A DNA stretch of 64,000 nucleotides from Candidatus Melainabacteria bacterium. GTDB lineage: Bacteria; Cyanobacteriota; Vampirovibrionia; LMEP-6097. The position numbers and the translations under genes are program-made. Where the stretch lies: positions 12,133-76,132 of the forward strand of contig JABHOV010000059.1 of NCBI GenBank assembly GCA_018695135.1. The letters run 5' to 3'. The notes beneath the pieces were generated by a model, which saw only the letters and a program-made list of their open reading frames with translations, did no database searches and was not told the origin of the DNA. Shown one piece after another: positions 19,329 through 28,146 of this stretch; positions within the stretch are counted from its first letter, which is position 1; the number at the start of each line of letters is the position of its first letter.

Positions 19329-19625
19329 ATGGCTAAGAATGAGCGAATACAGATCCCAATATCTCTTGAAAAGAAGTTGAAATTGGAAGCTAGATCAGAG
19401 CAATTAGGTTTTGATAGTTCAACTGATGTAGTGAGATTCCTCATTAATAATTTTCTCAATGATAGAATCAACATCTCTATCGATACGGAATACGTTGAGA
19501 TAGCTAGTCCTGAGCTTGAAAAAAATATAAGAGAAGCAATGGAAGAAGTGAAGCAAGGACAAACTATTAGTTTAGATCCGAGTGATACTGATTTCCATAA
19601 TAAGCTAATCAAGTTTGCTGATTAG
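19329..19625 (+). CDS. RelB/DinJ-like ribbon-helix-helix antitoxin
   Basis: Small acidic protein immediately upstream of and overlapping a RelE/ParE toxin; N-terminal beta-strand/helix pattern. Confidence 0.5.
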   Translation: MAKNERIQIPISLEKKLKLEARSEQLGFDSSTDVVRFLINNFLNDRINISIDTEYVEIASPELEKNIREAMEEVKQGQTISLDPSDTDFHNKLIKFAD

Positions 19626-19932
19626 CAAAGGTGTGTCTGTGAAGAATTACGAATTAGAGTTTACAACTTGCTTTGCAAGAAAATATAGTAAATTAGTGAA
19701 GCATAATCTTGAATTGCAAAAGCAAATTCAGACGGTTTTGCTTTTGTTGCAGAAAAATCCTAAACTAACTAAGTTGAGAACACATAAGGTTAAAACTACA
19801 AAATATGGCTTGGTATTTAGTTCAAGAGTGAATGGTGATATTCGTATCATTTGGAATTTTAGTGAGAGCAAGATTATAATTAGCTTGCTGGATATTGGTG
19901 GGCATTCTGGTAAATACTGTGTCTATAAGTAG
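19615..19932 (+). CDS. RelE/ParE superfamily type II toxin (true start may be GTG ~19639)
   Basis: YELEFT..LRTHKVK..GDIRIIW..IIISLLDIGGH pattern. Confidence 0.65.
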   Translation: MLISKGVSVKNYELEFTTCFARKYSKLVKHNLELQKQIQTVLLLLQKNPKLTKLRTHKVKTTKYGLVFSSRVNGDIRIIWNFSESKIIISLLDIGGHSGKYCVYK

Positions 19933-19944
19933 TACAATGAATCC

Positions 19945-20127
19945 ATGCTCCCCTTTGGTATCGGTATCCCTGAACTTATAGTTATCTTAGTGATAGCACT
20001 AATTATATTTGGGCCTAAAAAGCTTCCTGAGCTTGGCAAAAACCTTGGCAAGGGCTTGAAGAGCTTCAAGTCTGGTATGGAAGAAGCAACCGACGAATTT
20101 AAATCTGAAGTCAAAGATTCTGACTGA
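19945..20127 (+). CDS. tatA: Twin-arginine translocase subunit TatA/E
   Basis: [25 protein letters not shown]. Confidence 0.85.
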   Translation: MLPFGIGIPELIVILVIALIIFGPKKLPELGKNLGKGLKSFKSGMEEATDEFKSEVKDSD

Positions 20128-20130
20128 AAA

Positions 20131-20171
20131 GTCCCATCTGCTGTGTTACATCTTTTCGTCGTATTACGGGG
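20131..20171. repeat. Family 6 short repeat (reverse orientation of CCCCGTAATACGAYGAAAAGAYGTAACRCAGCAG)
   Basis: ~36/41 identity with 29619-29659. Confidence 0.7.
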
Positions 20172-20186
20172 TATTAAACAAGGATC

Positions 20187-21404
20187 TTAATGCGTGCGCG
20201 TTGATGCTTTACTTAAAAACGCAGCCAATCTTTCCATCGCAATTTTGAGTTTATCCATTGGTTGCACTAAAGCAATACGCACATAGTCTTCACCAAACTT
20301 GCCAAAAGTAAGTCCTGGTACTAAAGAGACTCCTGTCTCGGCAAGCAAGTCTGCGGCAAAATCAAATGATGTCTTGTTTTGATCTATATATGATTTTGGA
20401 ATTGGCATCCAGAAATACATAGCTCCACCTGGTTTGGTGACTTTGATTCCCATGTCACAAAGAGCTTGGTAAACAAAGTCACGGCGGTTTTGGTATTCAA
20501 GTCTCACTTCTTCGCGGTACTCGTCACCTAGGTCAATAGCTGCTATTCCGGCTTCTTGAATTCCCATGCAAACACCATAATCGATATTGGTTTTGAGTTT
20601 ATAAAGAGTGCTAATGATATCAGTGTTGCCAACGGCATAGCCTAAGCGCATTCCAGCCATATTGTAGACCTTAGAGAAGGTGTGAAACTCAATTGCAATA
20701 TCTGAGGCGCCGCGAATTTCAAGAATTGAATGAGGTTTATTCTCATCAAACCAAATATCAGCGTAAGCTAAATCATTAATAAGTAGTATGTTGTAGTCTT
20801 TGCAAAGTGCAACTGCTTTTTCTAAGTAGGCTTTGTCAACTACTGATCCTGTCGGGTTATTTGGGTGACTCAAGATCATCATTCGCGCACGTAATAAAAT
20901 ATCTTCAGGGATTGTATCAAGATCAGCAACAAAATTGTTTTCTGGCTTAAGTTCTAGTTCATGCACATGCCCGCCGGCAAGCACGGTCCCGCGCATATGC
21001 ACTGGGTAATACGGTGACGGAATAATAGTCAACAAACCTTCTTGCATATATGCAAAAGCAATGTGGGCGATACCTTCTTTGGAACCATTGAGTGGTAGGA
21101 TGCCAGTTTCTGGATCTATATCAACTCCAAATCTTTTTTTGAAATGATCAGCGCATTTTTGTTTAAATGCCGGCAGTCCGCTAAAGATTGGATATTTTTG
21201 ATTGCGTGGTTTTGCCATACCGTCTGTCAGTGCTTGCAAAACTCTAGGATCAGTTTCTCTATCTGGCGAACCTAGCGAGAGATCGATAATTTCTTTGCCC
21301 TCTGCAAGTAGTTTTTCTTTAGTTGCGTCCAATTGCCCAAAGGCATATGAAGGCATTTCGACAAGTCTAAGGGAGGGCAGGATTTTGTTGTAAGGGGATT
21401 TCAT
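20187..21404 (-). CDS. Class I PLP aminotransferase (aspartate / LL-diaminopimelate aminotransferase family)
   Basis: IDLSLGSPD, NNPTG, SKVYNMAGMRLGY (Lys) motifs. Confidence 0.8.
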   Translation of the reverse strand: MKSPYNKILPSLRLVEMPSYAFGQLDATKEKLLAEGKEIIDLSLGSPDRETDPRVLQALTDGMAKPRNQKYPIFSGLPAFKQKCADHFKKRFGVDIDPETGILPLNGSKEGIAHIAFAYMQEGLLTIIPSPYYPVHMRGTVLAGGHVHELELKPENNFVADLDTIPEDILLRARMMILSHPNNPTGSVVDKAYLEKAVALCKDYNILLINDLAYADIWFDENKPHSILEIRGASDIAIEFHTFSKVYNMAGMRLGYAVGNTDIISTLYKLKTNIDYGVCMGIQEAGIAAIDLGDEYREEVRLEYQNRRDFVYQALCDMGIKVTKPGGAMYFWMPIPKSYIDQNKTSFDFAADLLAETGVSLVPGLTFGKFGEDYVRIALVQPMDKLKIAMERLAAFLSKASTRTH

Positions 21405-21430
21405 TATGGGGAAAAGTATAGCGTAAATGA

Positions 21431-22636
21431 TTAGTTGTCAAGCAAAAAATCTCTGATATTTTTTCTTCCGATACCCTCATAGTCAGCTTCAAATAGTTCA
21501 TCCATTGAAACTACATATTTTGGATAGTTGTCTTGGATTTCTAAAAGAGGCTTAAATTCTCTCTCAATTGTTTTCTTTGATTCTAGTAAATAACAGACTT
21601 GAATATAGAGTTTTTTGCCGCCTGACTCTGCCATAAAGTCTATTTCTAGATTATTTAATTTACCAACGTAGACTTTGTAGCCGCGTCTTTTGAGTTCTAA
21701 ATACACAATGTTTTCTAATAAGCCAGCGATATCTCCTTCTTTGTAGCCAAGCAGGGCATGTTTAAGACCATGATCGTTACAAAAATACTTGTCGTTTATT
21801 TCAAATATTTTTTTGCCTTTGATATCGTAGATTCTTGCTTTGTCAAAAATATAAGCTGAGCAAAGATAGTAGAGATAGTTTTGGATTGTGTCATTGCCAG
21901 CACTAATTTTTTTCTCTTTCAAAAAATCAGCGATATTTTTGGCTGATAAATTTGAACCAAGGTGCTTGAATGCATAAATGGCAATATTTTCAAGCAGTGC
22001 AACATTTCTAATTTCATATTTTTTGACTACATCCTTAAGTACAATTGTATTAAAAACTGATTGAATATAGTTAAAACTATTCTCGTCTTGTAGCTCTAAT
22101 AGATGAATTCCCGGTAGTCCGCCATAGCGTAAGAAGTTGAGAAATTCTTGTTTTTGATCTTGTTTTTGATCTTTACGAAAGTCAAGAAATTCTTTGAATG
22201 ACAACGGATAAATTGGAAACTCGATATAACGACCACTTAGGTAACTTGATAATTCAGAAGAGAGCAGGTCAGAATTGGACCCAGTAATATAGATGTCGAT
22301 TTTTTCTGTGTTATAGAAGGAACGGATAGCTTTTTCCCAGCCCTCTATTTCTTGAATTTCATCTATAAACAAGAAAGTCTTTTTCTTTTTATCAATCTCG
22401 GTTTTGATATATTGATTTAAGTCTTTATAATTTTGAATCAGCTCAAAGTCAAGAGATTCTTTGTCTATGTAGATGATTTGTGATTTTGTGAATTTAGATT
22501 TGATTAGTTCTATTACTTGCCTGAGAAAGTAACTCTTGCCAGTTCTTCTCATGCCAGTTATGACCTTGATAATTTGTGGTTTATCAAGGTAGTCCTGAAT
22601 TTTATCGATATATTGACAGCGTGCTATATTTGACAT
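21431..22636 (-). CDS. AAA+ ATP-binding protein with DUF4143-type C-terminus (COG1373 family)
   Basis: Walker A GMRRTGKSY, Walker B FIDEIQ; conspicuously AT-rich. Confidence 0.75.
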   Translation of the reverse strand: MSNIARCQYIDKIQDYLDKPQIIKVITGMRRTGKSYFLRQVIELIKSKFTKSQIIYIDKESLDFELIQNYKDLNQYIKTEIDKKKKTFLFIDEIQEIEGWEKAIRSFYNTEKIDIYITGSNSDLLSSELSSYLSGRYIEFPIYPLSFKEFLDFRKDQKQDQKQEFLNFLRYGGLPGIHLLELQDENSFNYIQSVFNTIVLKDVVKKYEIRNVALLENIAIYAFKHLGSNLSAKNIADFLKEKKISAGNDTIQNYLYYLCSAYIFDKARIYDIKGKKIFEINDKYFCNDHGLKHALLGYKEGDIAGLLENIVYLELKRRGYKVYVGKLNNLEIDFMAESGGKKLYIQVCYLLESKKTIEREFKPLLEIQDNYPKYVVSMDELFEADYEGIGRKNIRDFLLDN

Positions 22637-22980
22637 GATTATGATATACCATAATGATAACATAAAATAACGATGTGGTTATGGTATGGAATGATACTTG
22701 AATGTGGTATTTCGACAAGTCGACGGGAGTGTTATGACTCTTTACTTAATCCACACGTTTTGCAGAAGACCCATTTGATTAAACACAGAGCCCCAAGAAG
22801 AGCTTTTTAAAAAAAGGGCTTTTGTTTGTTGTAAGATAATTAGCGCATGGCTGTCCCTCCTGTAAATATAAGAGACTCTTTAACGATGATGGGTCGTACT
22901 CTCAACATAGTTGATTCTGATGATTTGATGGAAAACCCGTCAAAGTCAGATCTGCAAGATTATGCTAAACAGCAAGTCCA

Positions 22981-24834
22981 TTGAATCAAGCTGAGACTTT
23001 TACTGATGATGAGAGTGTTAAGGATTTAGCTGCTAGGTTTGTTGATTTTGTAGCGAACGTAGTTTATATGAACACGGGAGATTATGATCAAAGTATCGAC
23101 TTGGATCTAGAGGGAAGAGAATTTAGTTATACAGCAGGACAAACGCCTAGTTATCATCTCACTACAGGAGCGCATGCCCAGGAAGATGGTATTGAGGAGA
23201 TGACGATTGTCACTGACAAGCAAGATCTTGATGCAAATATCAAATCTATAAGTTATAAGCCGCTTGGAGCTACCGATTCTAAGTCTATTAAATTAGATGA
23301 ACCTTATTCTATTCCCGCTTCAATGCTCAGGCTGATTTATCCGGCGAACCAAGATGGTGTCAAAAGACGGGGCAACACGCGTTATGAAAAGGCTCATCGA
23401 TTATTAGAATTAAAGCAACAGCTTCCAGCTTTGGCAAAAGTGATTCCACCAATGTTTCTTGTTCCTAATGAAATATATCCACCGGATGATTTTATTAATT
23501 ATGGTATAGACCGCTTGAAAGAGCAATTGCCTGAGTATTTCCCTAATGCTGATGGTCACAAGTTAATAGTAAGAAGTTGTCACAAAAAAGAAGGTAGTGC
23601 TAAAGTCCCGCTTTCAGGTGTTTTTGAATCTATTCCAAATGTAGAGATGAATCTTGAAGCTATTAAGCAAGCACAAGAGACTATTCAAGACAAGGATTAT
23701 GCACTGCAAGAATTTAATTCACGACAGAAAAGCCATGCTGACCCAGTATACGCTGATGTTGGACATCTGATTATGCCTCAGGTTCGGGTGAAATACTTTA
23801 TGACTGTTGAACCGGTGGTTTATGCTGAACATCAACTAGCAGGTTCTATGAGGCGTGATGTTGATGCTTATTCAAAAACTCCTTTCCCAAAAACAGAAAT
23901 TGGTGGACGCAAGCTTGAATATGAAGTGAAGATATATGGTTCTCAAAATGGTGAACCTCACAAATTACTTAAAAGAAACACTTTGGCTGGTTTGACTACT
24001 GAGAGCTTAGAGGGATCAGGCGTGAATATAAGTCAAGAACAAATTGCTGATATGAAGAGAGTACATCAACAAGTATCAGATTTTTATTCTGATGAATATC
24101 AAGAAATGGAATTTGTTGTTGGTGAAGAGGCTTATGGCAATGACGAGAATCATAATTTGCACCTTGTACAAACACGTGACCAAGGGGCTTGGGAGAAGCC
24201 AGATGAAGACGAGACGGTGAAGCTGTATAAAAAAACTACGGTAGATTCAGGGGAACCGGAAGGCTTATTCACCTTGGTTGATGACCCTGATCAAGATTTG
24301 CCTTTACTGGTAATTGATGAAAGGCAATTGTTGGCTGATGGAGAGAGTATAGATGTTATGCCTCTTGAGGATATGCAAAAACGAGTAGAAAACGCTGCAG
24401 CGCTAATGAAAGATCGAATACAAAATGAACTTGGTTTTGGTCCATTTATTTTAGCAGTGCAGGATTTATCTCTTACTGCCAAAATAAATAACCCTAAAGA
24501 GGTTATTGATAATCAAGTAATTAGTAATATCGGATCTTGGTTAGATGTGATTAATACAGCAAGTCTAGTAATAGAAAATCGAAATGGTTCTCTTGCTAAT
24601 GCAACATCTTTTCATTCAGCACGCCCACGGAAGGGCTATAGTAAAGCTATGATCAAGTTGTTCTTTCCAATGTCTCATCTTGATGAAACAATAATGGATA
24701 GATTTACAGGACAATATATAAAGATTTTGGATAAAGAGGTCCTTAGTCTAAGAAGTTTCGTTAATACTTATAACAAGATTATGGATGGTTGTCGTAGCCC
24801 TGAGGGTTTTAAAGTTAGAGAAAGGGTTAGGTAA
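22981..24834 (+). CDS. Hypothetical protein 617 aa (TTG start)
   Basis: Long ORF; no motif recognised. Confidence 0.45.
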   Translation: MNQAETFTDDESVKDLAARFVDFVANVVYMNTGDYDQSIDLDLEGREFSYTAGQTPSYHLTTGAHAQEDGIEEMTIVTDKQDLDANIKSISYKPLGATDSKSIKLDEPYSIPASMLRLIYPANQDGVKRRGNTRYEKAHRLLELKQQLPALAKVIPPMFLVPNEIYPPDDFINYGIDRLKEQLPEYFPNADGHKLIVRSCHKKEGSAKVPLSGVFESIPNVEMNLEAIKQAQETIQDKDYALQEFNSRQKSHADPVYADVGHLIMPQVRVKYFMTVEPVVYAEHQLAGSMRRDVDAYSKTPFPKTEIGGRKLEYEVKIYGSQNGEPHKLLKRNTLAGLTTESLEGSGVNISQEQIADMKRVHQQVSDFYSDEYQEMEFVVGEEAYGNDENHNLHLVQTRDQGAWEKPDEDETVKLYKKTTVDSGEPEGLFTLVDDPDQDLPLLVIDERQLLADGESIDVMPLEDMQKRVENAAALMKDRIQNELGFGPFILAVQDLSLTAKINNPKEVIDNQVISNIGSWLDVINTASLVIENRNGSLANATSFHSARPRKGYSKAMIKLFFPMSHLDETIMDRFTGQYIKILDKEVLSLRSFVNTYNKIMDGCRSPEGFKVRERVR

Positions 24835-24835
24835 C

Positions 24836-26791
24836 TTACCTAAAAACAAACCAAGCAAGCATTAAACCAACAGCACTAACCATAATCAAAACGTAGTTTT
24901 GTAATTTACCAGATTGTTGAGTTTTAAGTACTTCACCAACAACTTCAGTTCCTCTCCAAGCGAGTCCATTAACTAAGGCCCCTTCAATAAAGAAGCGTTC
25001 GAATATTTTGAAAGTGATTCTAAAGAAGCCCATCAAGATTGAGACAAAGAAGTTGTAGATCTCATCGATGTACCACTTGTTAAGTGAGCCTTGATAAATA
25101 ATTGAGAAGTTAGTTTTGAACCATTCGTTGATTGTTTTATCACCGATTTTAGTTTGTGCCATATAAGTAAGGTAAGCGGCGATAGTACCAAAAATAAACA
25201 TCAAGAACGGCAGGTAACCCATAGGTTGACTAAGTTCGTGAAGGAAGAATTCCCAACCACTTTGACCATGTGCCATATGAGAATGGAAATGAGCATCGAA
25301 GTAATGCTGTAGTTTGTAACCCATCAATGGTGAACCTAAAAGCCCAAGTCCAATTGAAGGGATAGCTAAAACCATTAGTGGTCCTGTTACGCAAAGAGGT
25401 TGTTCGTGTGGGTGAGCGTGACCTCGGTACTGACCTTCAAATGTTTTGAAGTAAATCCTAAACATATAAAATGCAGTCATGCCAGCAGTGATAGTTGCAA
25501 TCCAAAAAAGAGCGGGACTTACTTCAAAGGCTTTTGCAATGATCATGTCTTTAGACCAGAAACCTGACATCATCGGGAAGCCAGCAATAGAAAGGGTTCC
25601 AATCAAAAATGTAATAGCAGTATAAGGCATATCTTTGCGCAAGCCGCCCATTTCGCTCATGTTTTGTTCGTGATGGCAGCCCATGATTACAGAACCAGAA
25701 CCTAAAAATAGCATCGCTTTGAACATCGCATGGGTAATCAAATGAAACATTGCAATGATTGGTGCGCCTAGACCAACAGCTAGCACCATGTAACCGAGTT
25801 GCGAGCAAGTTGAGTAAGCTAGAGCTTTTTTGATATCGTTTTGCGAGAAAGCAATTGTCGCTGCAAAGATCGCAGTAATCCCACCAATCCAAGCAATTAC
25901 TGGAAGCGCTTCTGAGCCGGTGATTCCAAGTATCGGGAAGATACGTGCCAGTAAGTAAACACCAGCAGCAACCATTGTTGCAGCGTGGATTAGAGCAGAA
26001 ATAGGAGTAGGTCCTTCCATGGCATCAGGTAACCAAATATGAAGCGGGAACTGGGCTGACTTTGCAGCAGCTCCCATAAAAATAAGTAAGCCAATTGCGG
26101 TAACTGAAACTATGCCAGTAAGAGCAAGCTCGTTGTGAGCAATTGCCCATTGAGTAGCACCTGCTAGTTTGCCGAAACTAAGAGTTGCGATGTCTTGATT
26201 ACTAGTCCAGAAATCCTTAGTGAAGTTGTAGAGCATTAATAAGCCAAGCAAAAAGCCAGCATCACCGACTCTGTTAACGACAAATGCTTTCTTACAAGCG
26301 TGCGCTGCGGCAGGTTTGTGCCACCAGAAACCAATTAAGAGGAATGAACAAACACCAACTAACTCCCAGAAAAAATACATCTGAAATAAGTTAGTCGCGA
26401 TTACTAAACCGAGCATCGAGAAGGTAAATAATGATAGGTAAGAATAAAATCTAGTGTATCCTTCATCCTCAGCCATATAACCATGAGTGTAGATTTGCAC
26501 CAGTAAACTAACCAAGTTGACAGTAAGCAGCATGCCAATTGCCAGTGGATCGATTAGACAACCAATTTCCAGGTGAAAATCTCCAGCACTAATCCAATTG
26601 AGGTTGATTTCATAAGGATGGTGCCCGTGGAAATTAAGAAAGATAACGAAGGAGTGGATTAAACCAAGTGCAACAGCACCGACTGAAAGTCCCATTGAAA
26701 CGATACGGCTTTTATGCGTAAAAAACATAATTAGCACAGCGGCGACAAGGGGATATATAGCTATTAACCAAGCATTATCAATATTATTCAT
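24836..26791 (-). CDS. nuoL: NADH-quinone oxidoreductase subunit L / NdhF-type proton-pumping subunit, stand-alone
   Basis: ~16 TM helices; conserved antiporter-like residues and long C-terminal extension of NuoL/NdhF. Confidence 0.85.
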   Translation of the reverse strand: MNNIDNAWLIAIYPLVAAVLIMFFTHKSRIVSMGLSVGAVALGLIHSFVIFLNFHGHHPYEINLNWISAGDFHLEIGCLIDPLAIGMLLTVNLVSLLVQIYTHGYMAEDEGYTRFYSYLSLFTFSMLGLVIATNLFQMYFFWELVGVCSFLLIGFWWHKPAAAHACKKAFVVNRVGDAGFLLGLLMLYNFTKDFWTSNQDIATLSFGKLAGATQWAIAHNELALTGIVSVTAIGLLIFMGAAAKSAQFPLHIWLPDAMEGPTPISALIHAATMVAAGVYLLARIFPILGITGSEALPVIAWIGGITAIFAATIAFSQNDIKKALAYSTCSQLGYMVLAVGLGAPIIAMFHLITHAMFKAMLFLGSGSVIMGCHHEQNMSEMGGLRKDMPYTAITFLIGTLSIAGFPMMSGFWSKDMIIAKAFEVSPALFWIATITAGMTAFYMFRIYFKTFEGQYRGHAHPHEQPLCVTGPLMVLAIPSIGLGLLGSPLMGYKLQHYFDAHFHSHMAHGQSGWEFFLHELSQPMGYLPFLMFIFGTIAAYLTYMAQTKIGDKTINEWFKTNFSIIYQGSLNKWYIDEIYNFFVSILMGFFRITFKIFERFFIEGALVNGLAWRGTEVVGEVLKTQQSGKLQNYVLIMVSAVGLMLAWFVFR

Positions 26792-26870
26792 ACAGGGTTT
26801 ATTCTATACTGAAAATACAAATTTGGCGAAGGAAGGGCAGATGAACTTGTATTGATTGATTGGGCTGAGC

Positions 26871-27125
26871 TTAACGAGTAATCTTAATCAAAATCTCATT
26901 AGCTTCAATTACTTTAATTTCTTCTTTAATAGTACGTTTCATACCAAGAAATGAATGAAATTCTTTGATTTTATTATTGAGTTTTTGATTGTCTTGAAGA
27001 AGTTCTTGGCGTTTGCTTCTTAGTTCTATGTTTTTTTTTATATTGTGGCTAAGGTCCATTAAATTAACGACAAAGCTCTTAGAAAATGGTAGTAATAGCA
27101 AAATCGCTAAAATAAACCAAAACAT
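26871..27125 (-). CDS. FtsB/DivIC-like septum formation initiator (start moved to MFWFILAILLL)
   Basis: Single TM then coiled coil, ..LGMKRTIKEEI.. tail resembling FtsB. Confidence 0.5.
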   Translation of the reverse strand: MFWFILAILLLLPFSKSFVVNLMDLSHNIKKNIELRSKRQELLQDNQKLNNKIKEFHSFLGMKRTIKEEIKVIEANEILIKITR

Positions 27126-27300
27126 AGTCTTGGATCGGTTGTGAGAGAGGCTTGCTTGATTGCTTTTGTTTGGCTGCGTTAGTTCGAGGCTTGGGATAGC
27201 CTGGGTTTGAAAATCGATATTATGTGGGTAATTAAATTGCACCATAGCAAAATTAGCTACAAAGGCAGCCATTAAGAAAAGAGACGTCAAATATCCTTAA

Positions 27301-28146
27301 TTGATCCGAGGGACTATACTTAATAGTACTTTGTTTAGGTATTTTGGGTTGATTTTGTTTTTGAGTTTGGCATCTGTCCAGGCTAAGCCATATTTGCCTG
27401 CTGATACTGAAGTGCTGGCACAAATCAATTCTTCTAAGAAGCTCAAGAAACTTAATGCAAGTTTGAAACAGGATCCAAACAATATTGATTTGGCTTATTT
27501 GCTTGCAAAGCAATATATTGCATTAGGCAAGGCCCAGGGGGACCCTCGTTACTATAGTTACGCTACGGCGAGCTTGGCTCCTTGGGCTAAGCAGAAAAAA
27601 AGTCCTCCGAGTATTAAATTATTGCTTGCTGATATAAAACAATATCAACACCGATTTAATGAAGCTTTGGAATTATTGGATGCGATTTTATTAGCGGAGT
27701 CAAATTATCAAGAAGCAATTTTGATGCGTGCTGCAATTTATACTGAGCTTGGTAAGTATTCGCGTTCTGATGATGACTGCCGCCAGCTTAAAGACCGTAG
27801 TCTTGAAACAACTTGTTTGGCTTTGAATAAGTTCCACAATGGCTATCCAGCAGAGGCTTATGATGATCTGCGGGACTTGAGTTTTGGTGATGATCAAGCT
27901 AGTCTTTGGTCACTTACTATCCTAGCTGAAATCACGGCACGCTTGGCAAAAACTGTAGAGGCTGAACGATATTATCAACAAGCACTTGCGATTAATAATA
28001 GTGATATTTATTTGCTTGGATCCTATGCTGATTTTCTTTTGGATCAAGCAGAGAATCAAGCGGTGATTGATTTACTGGAAGGGATGGAAGAGGTAGAGAG
28101 TTTGGCTTTGCGTTATAGGATGGCTCAAGGGGTGAATCATGATTAG
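27301..28146 (+). CDS. Secreted TPR-repeat protein
   Basis: Signal peptide; several 34-residue A/Y/L-patterned repeats. Confidence 0.65.
   Translation: MIRGTILNSTLFRYFGLILFLSLASVQAKPYLPADTEVLAQINSSKKLKKLNASLKQDPNNIDLAYLLAKQYIALGKAQGDPRYYSYATASLAPWAKQKKSPPSIKLLLADIKQYQHRFNEALELLDAILLAESNYQEAILMRAAIYTELGKYSRSDDDCRQLKDRSLETTCLALNKFHNGYPAEAYDDLRDLSFGDDQASLWSLTILAEITARLAKTVEAERYYQQALAINNSDIYLLGSYADFLLDQAENQAVIDLLEGMEEVESLALRYRMAQGVNHD

Noticed and set aside
24828-24842. GGTAACTTACC palindrome at the junction of the two convergent stop codons.
   Set aside because: It is explained by TAA/TTA stop codons facing each other and is too short to be meaningful.
22981-26791. DabA/DabB-type CO2 pump hypothesis for the 617-aa protein plus the NuoL-like protein.
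   Set aside because: The genes are convergent, not co-oriented. The 617-aa protein is far shorter than DabA and shows no DUF2309-like Cys/His pattern.
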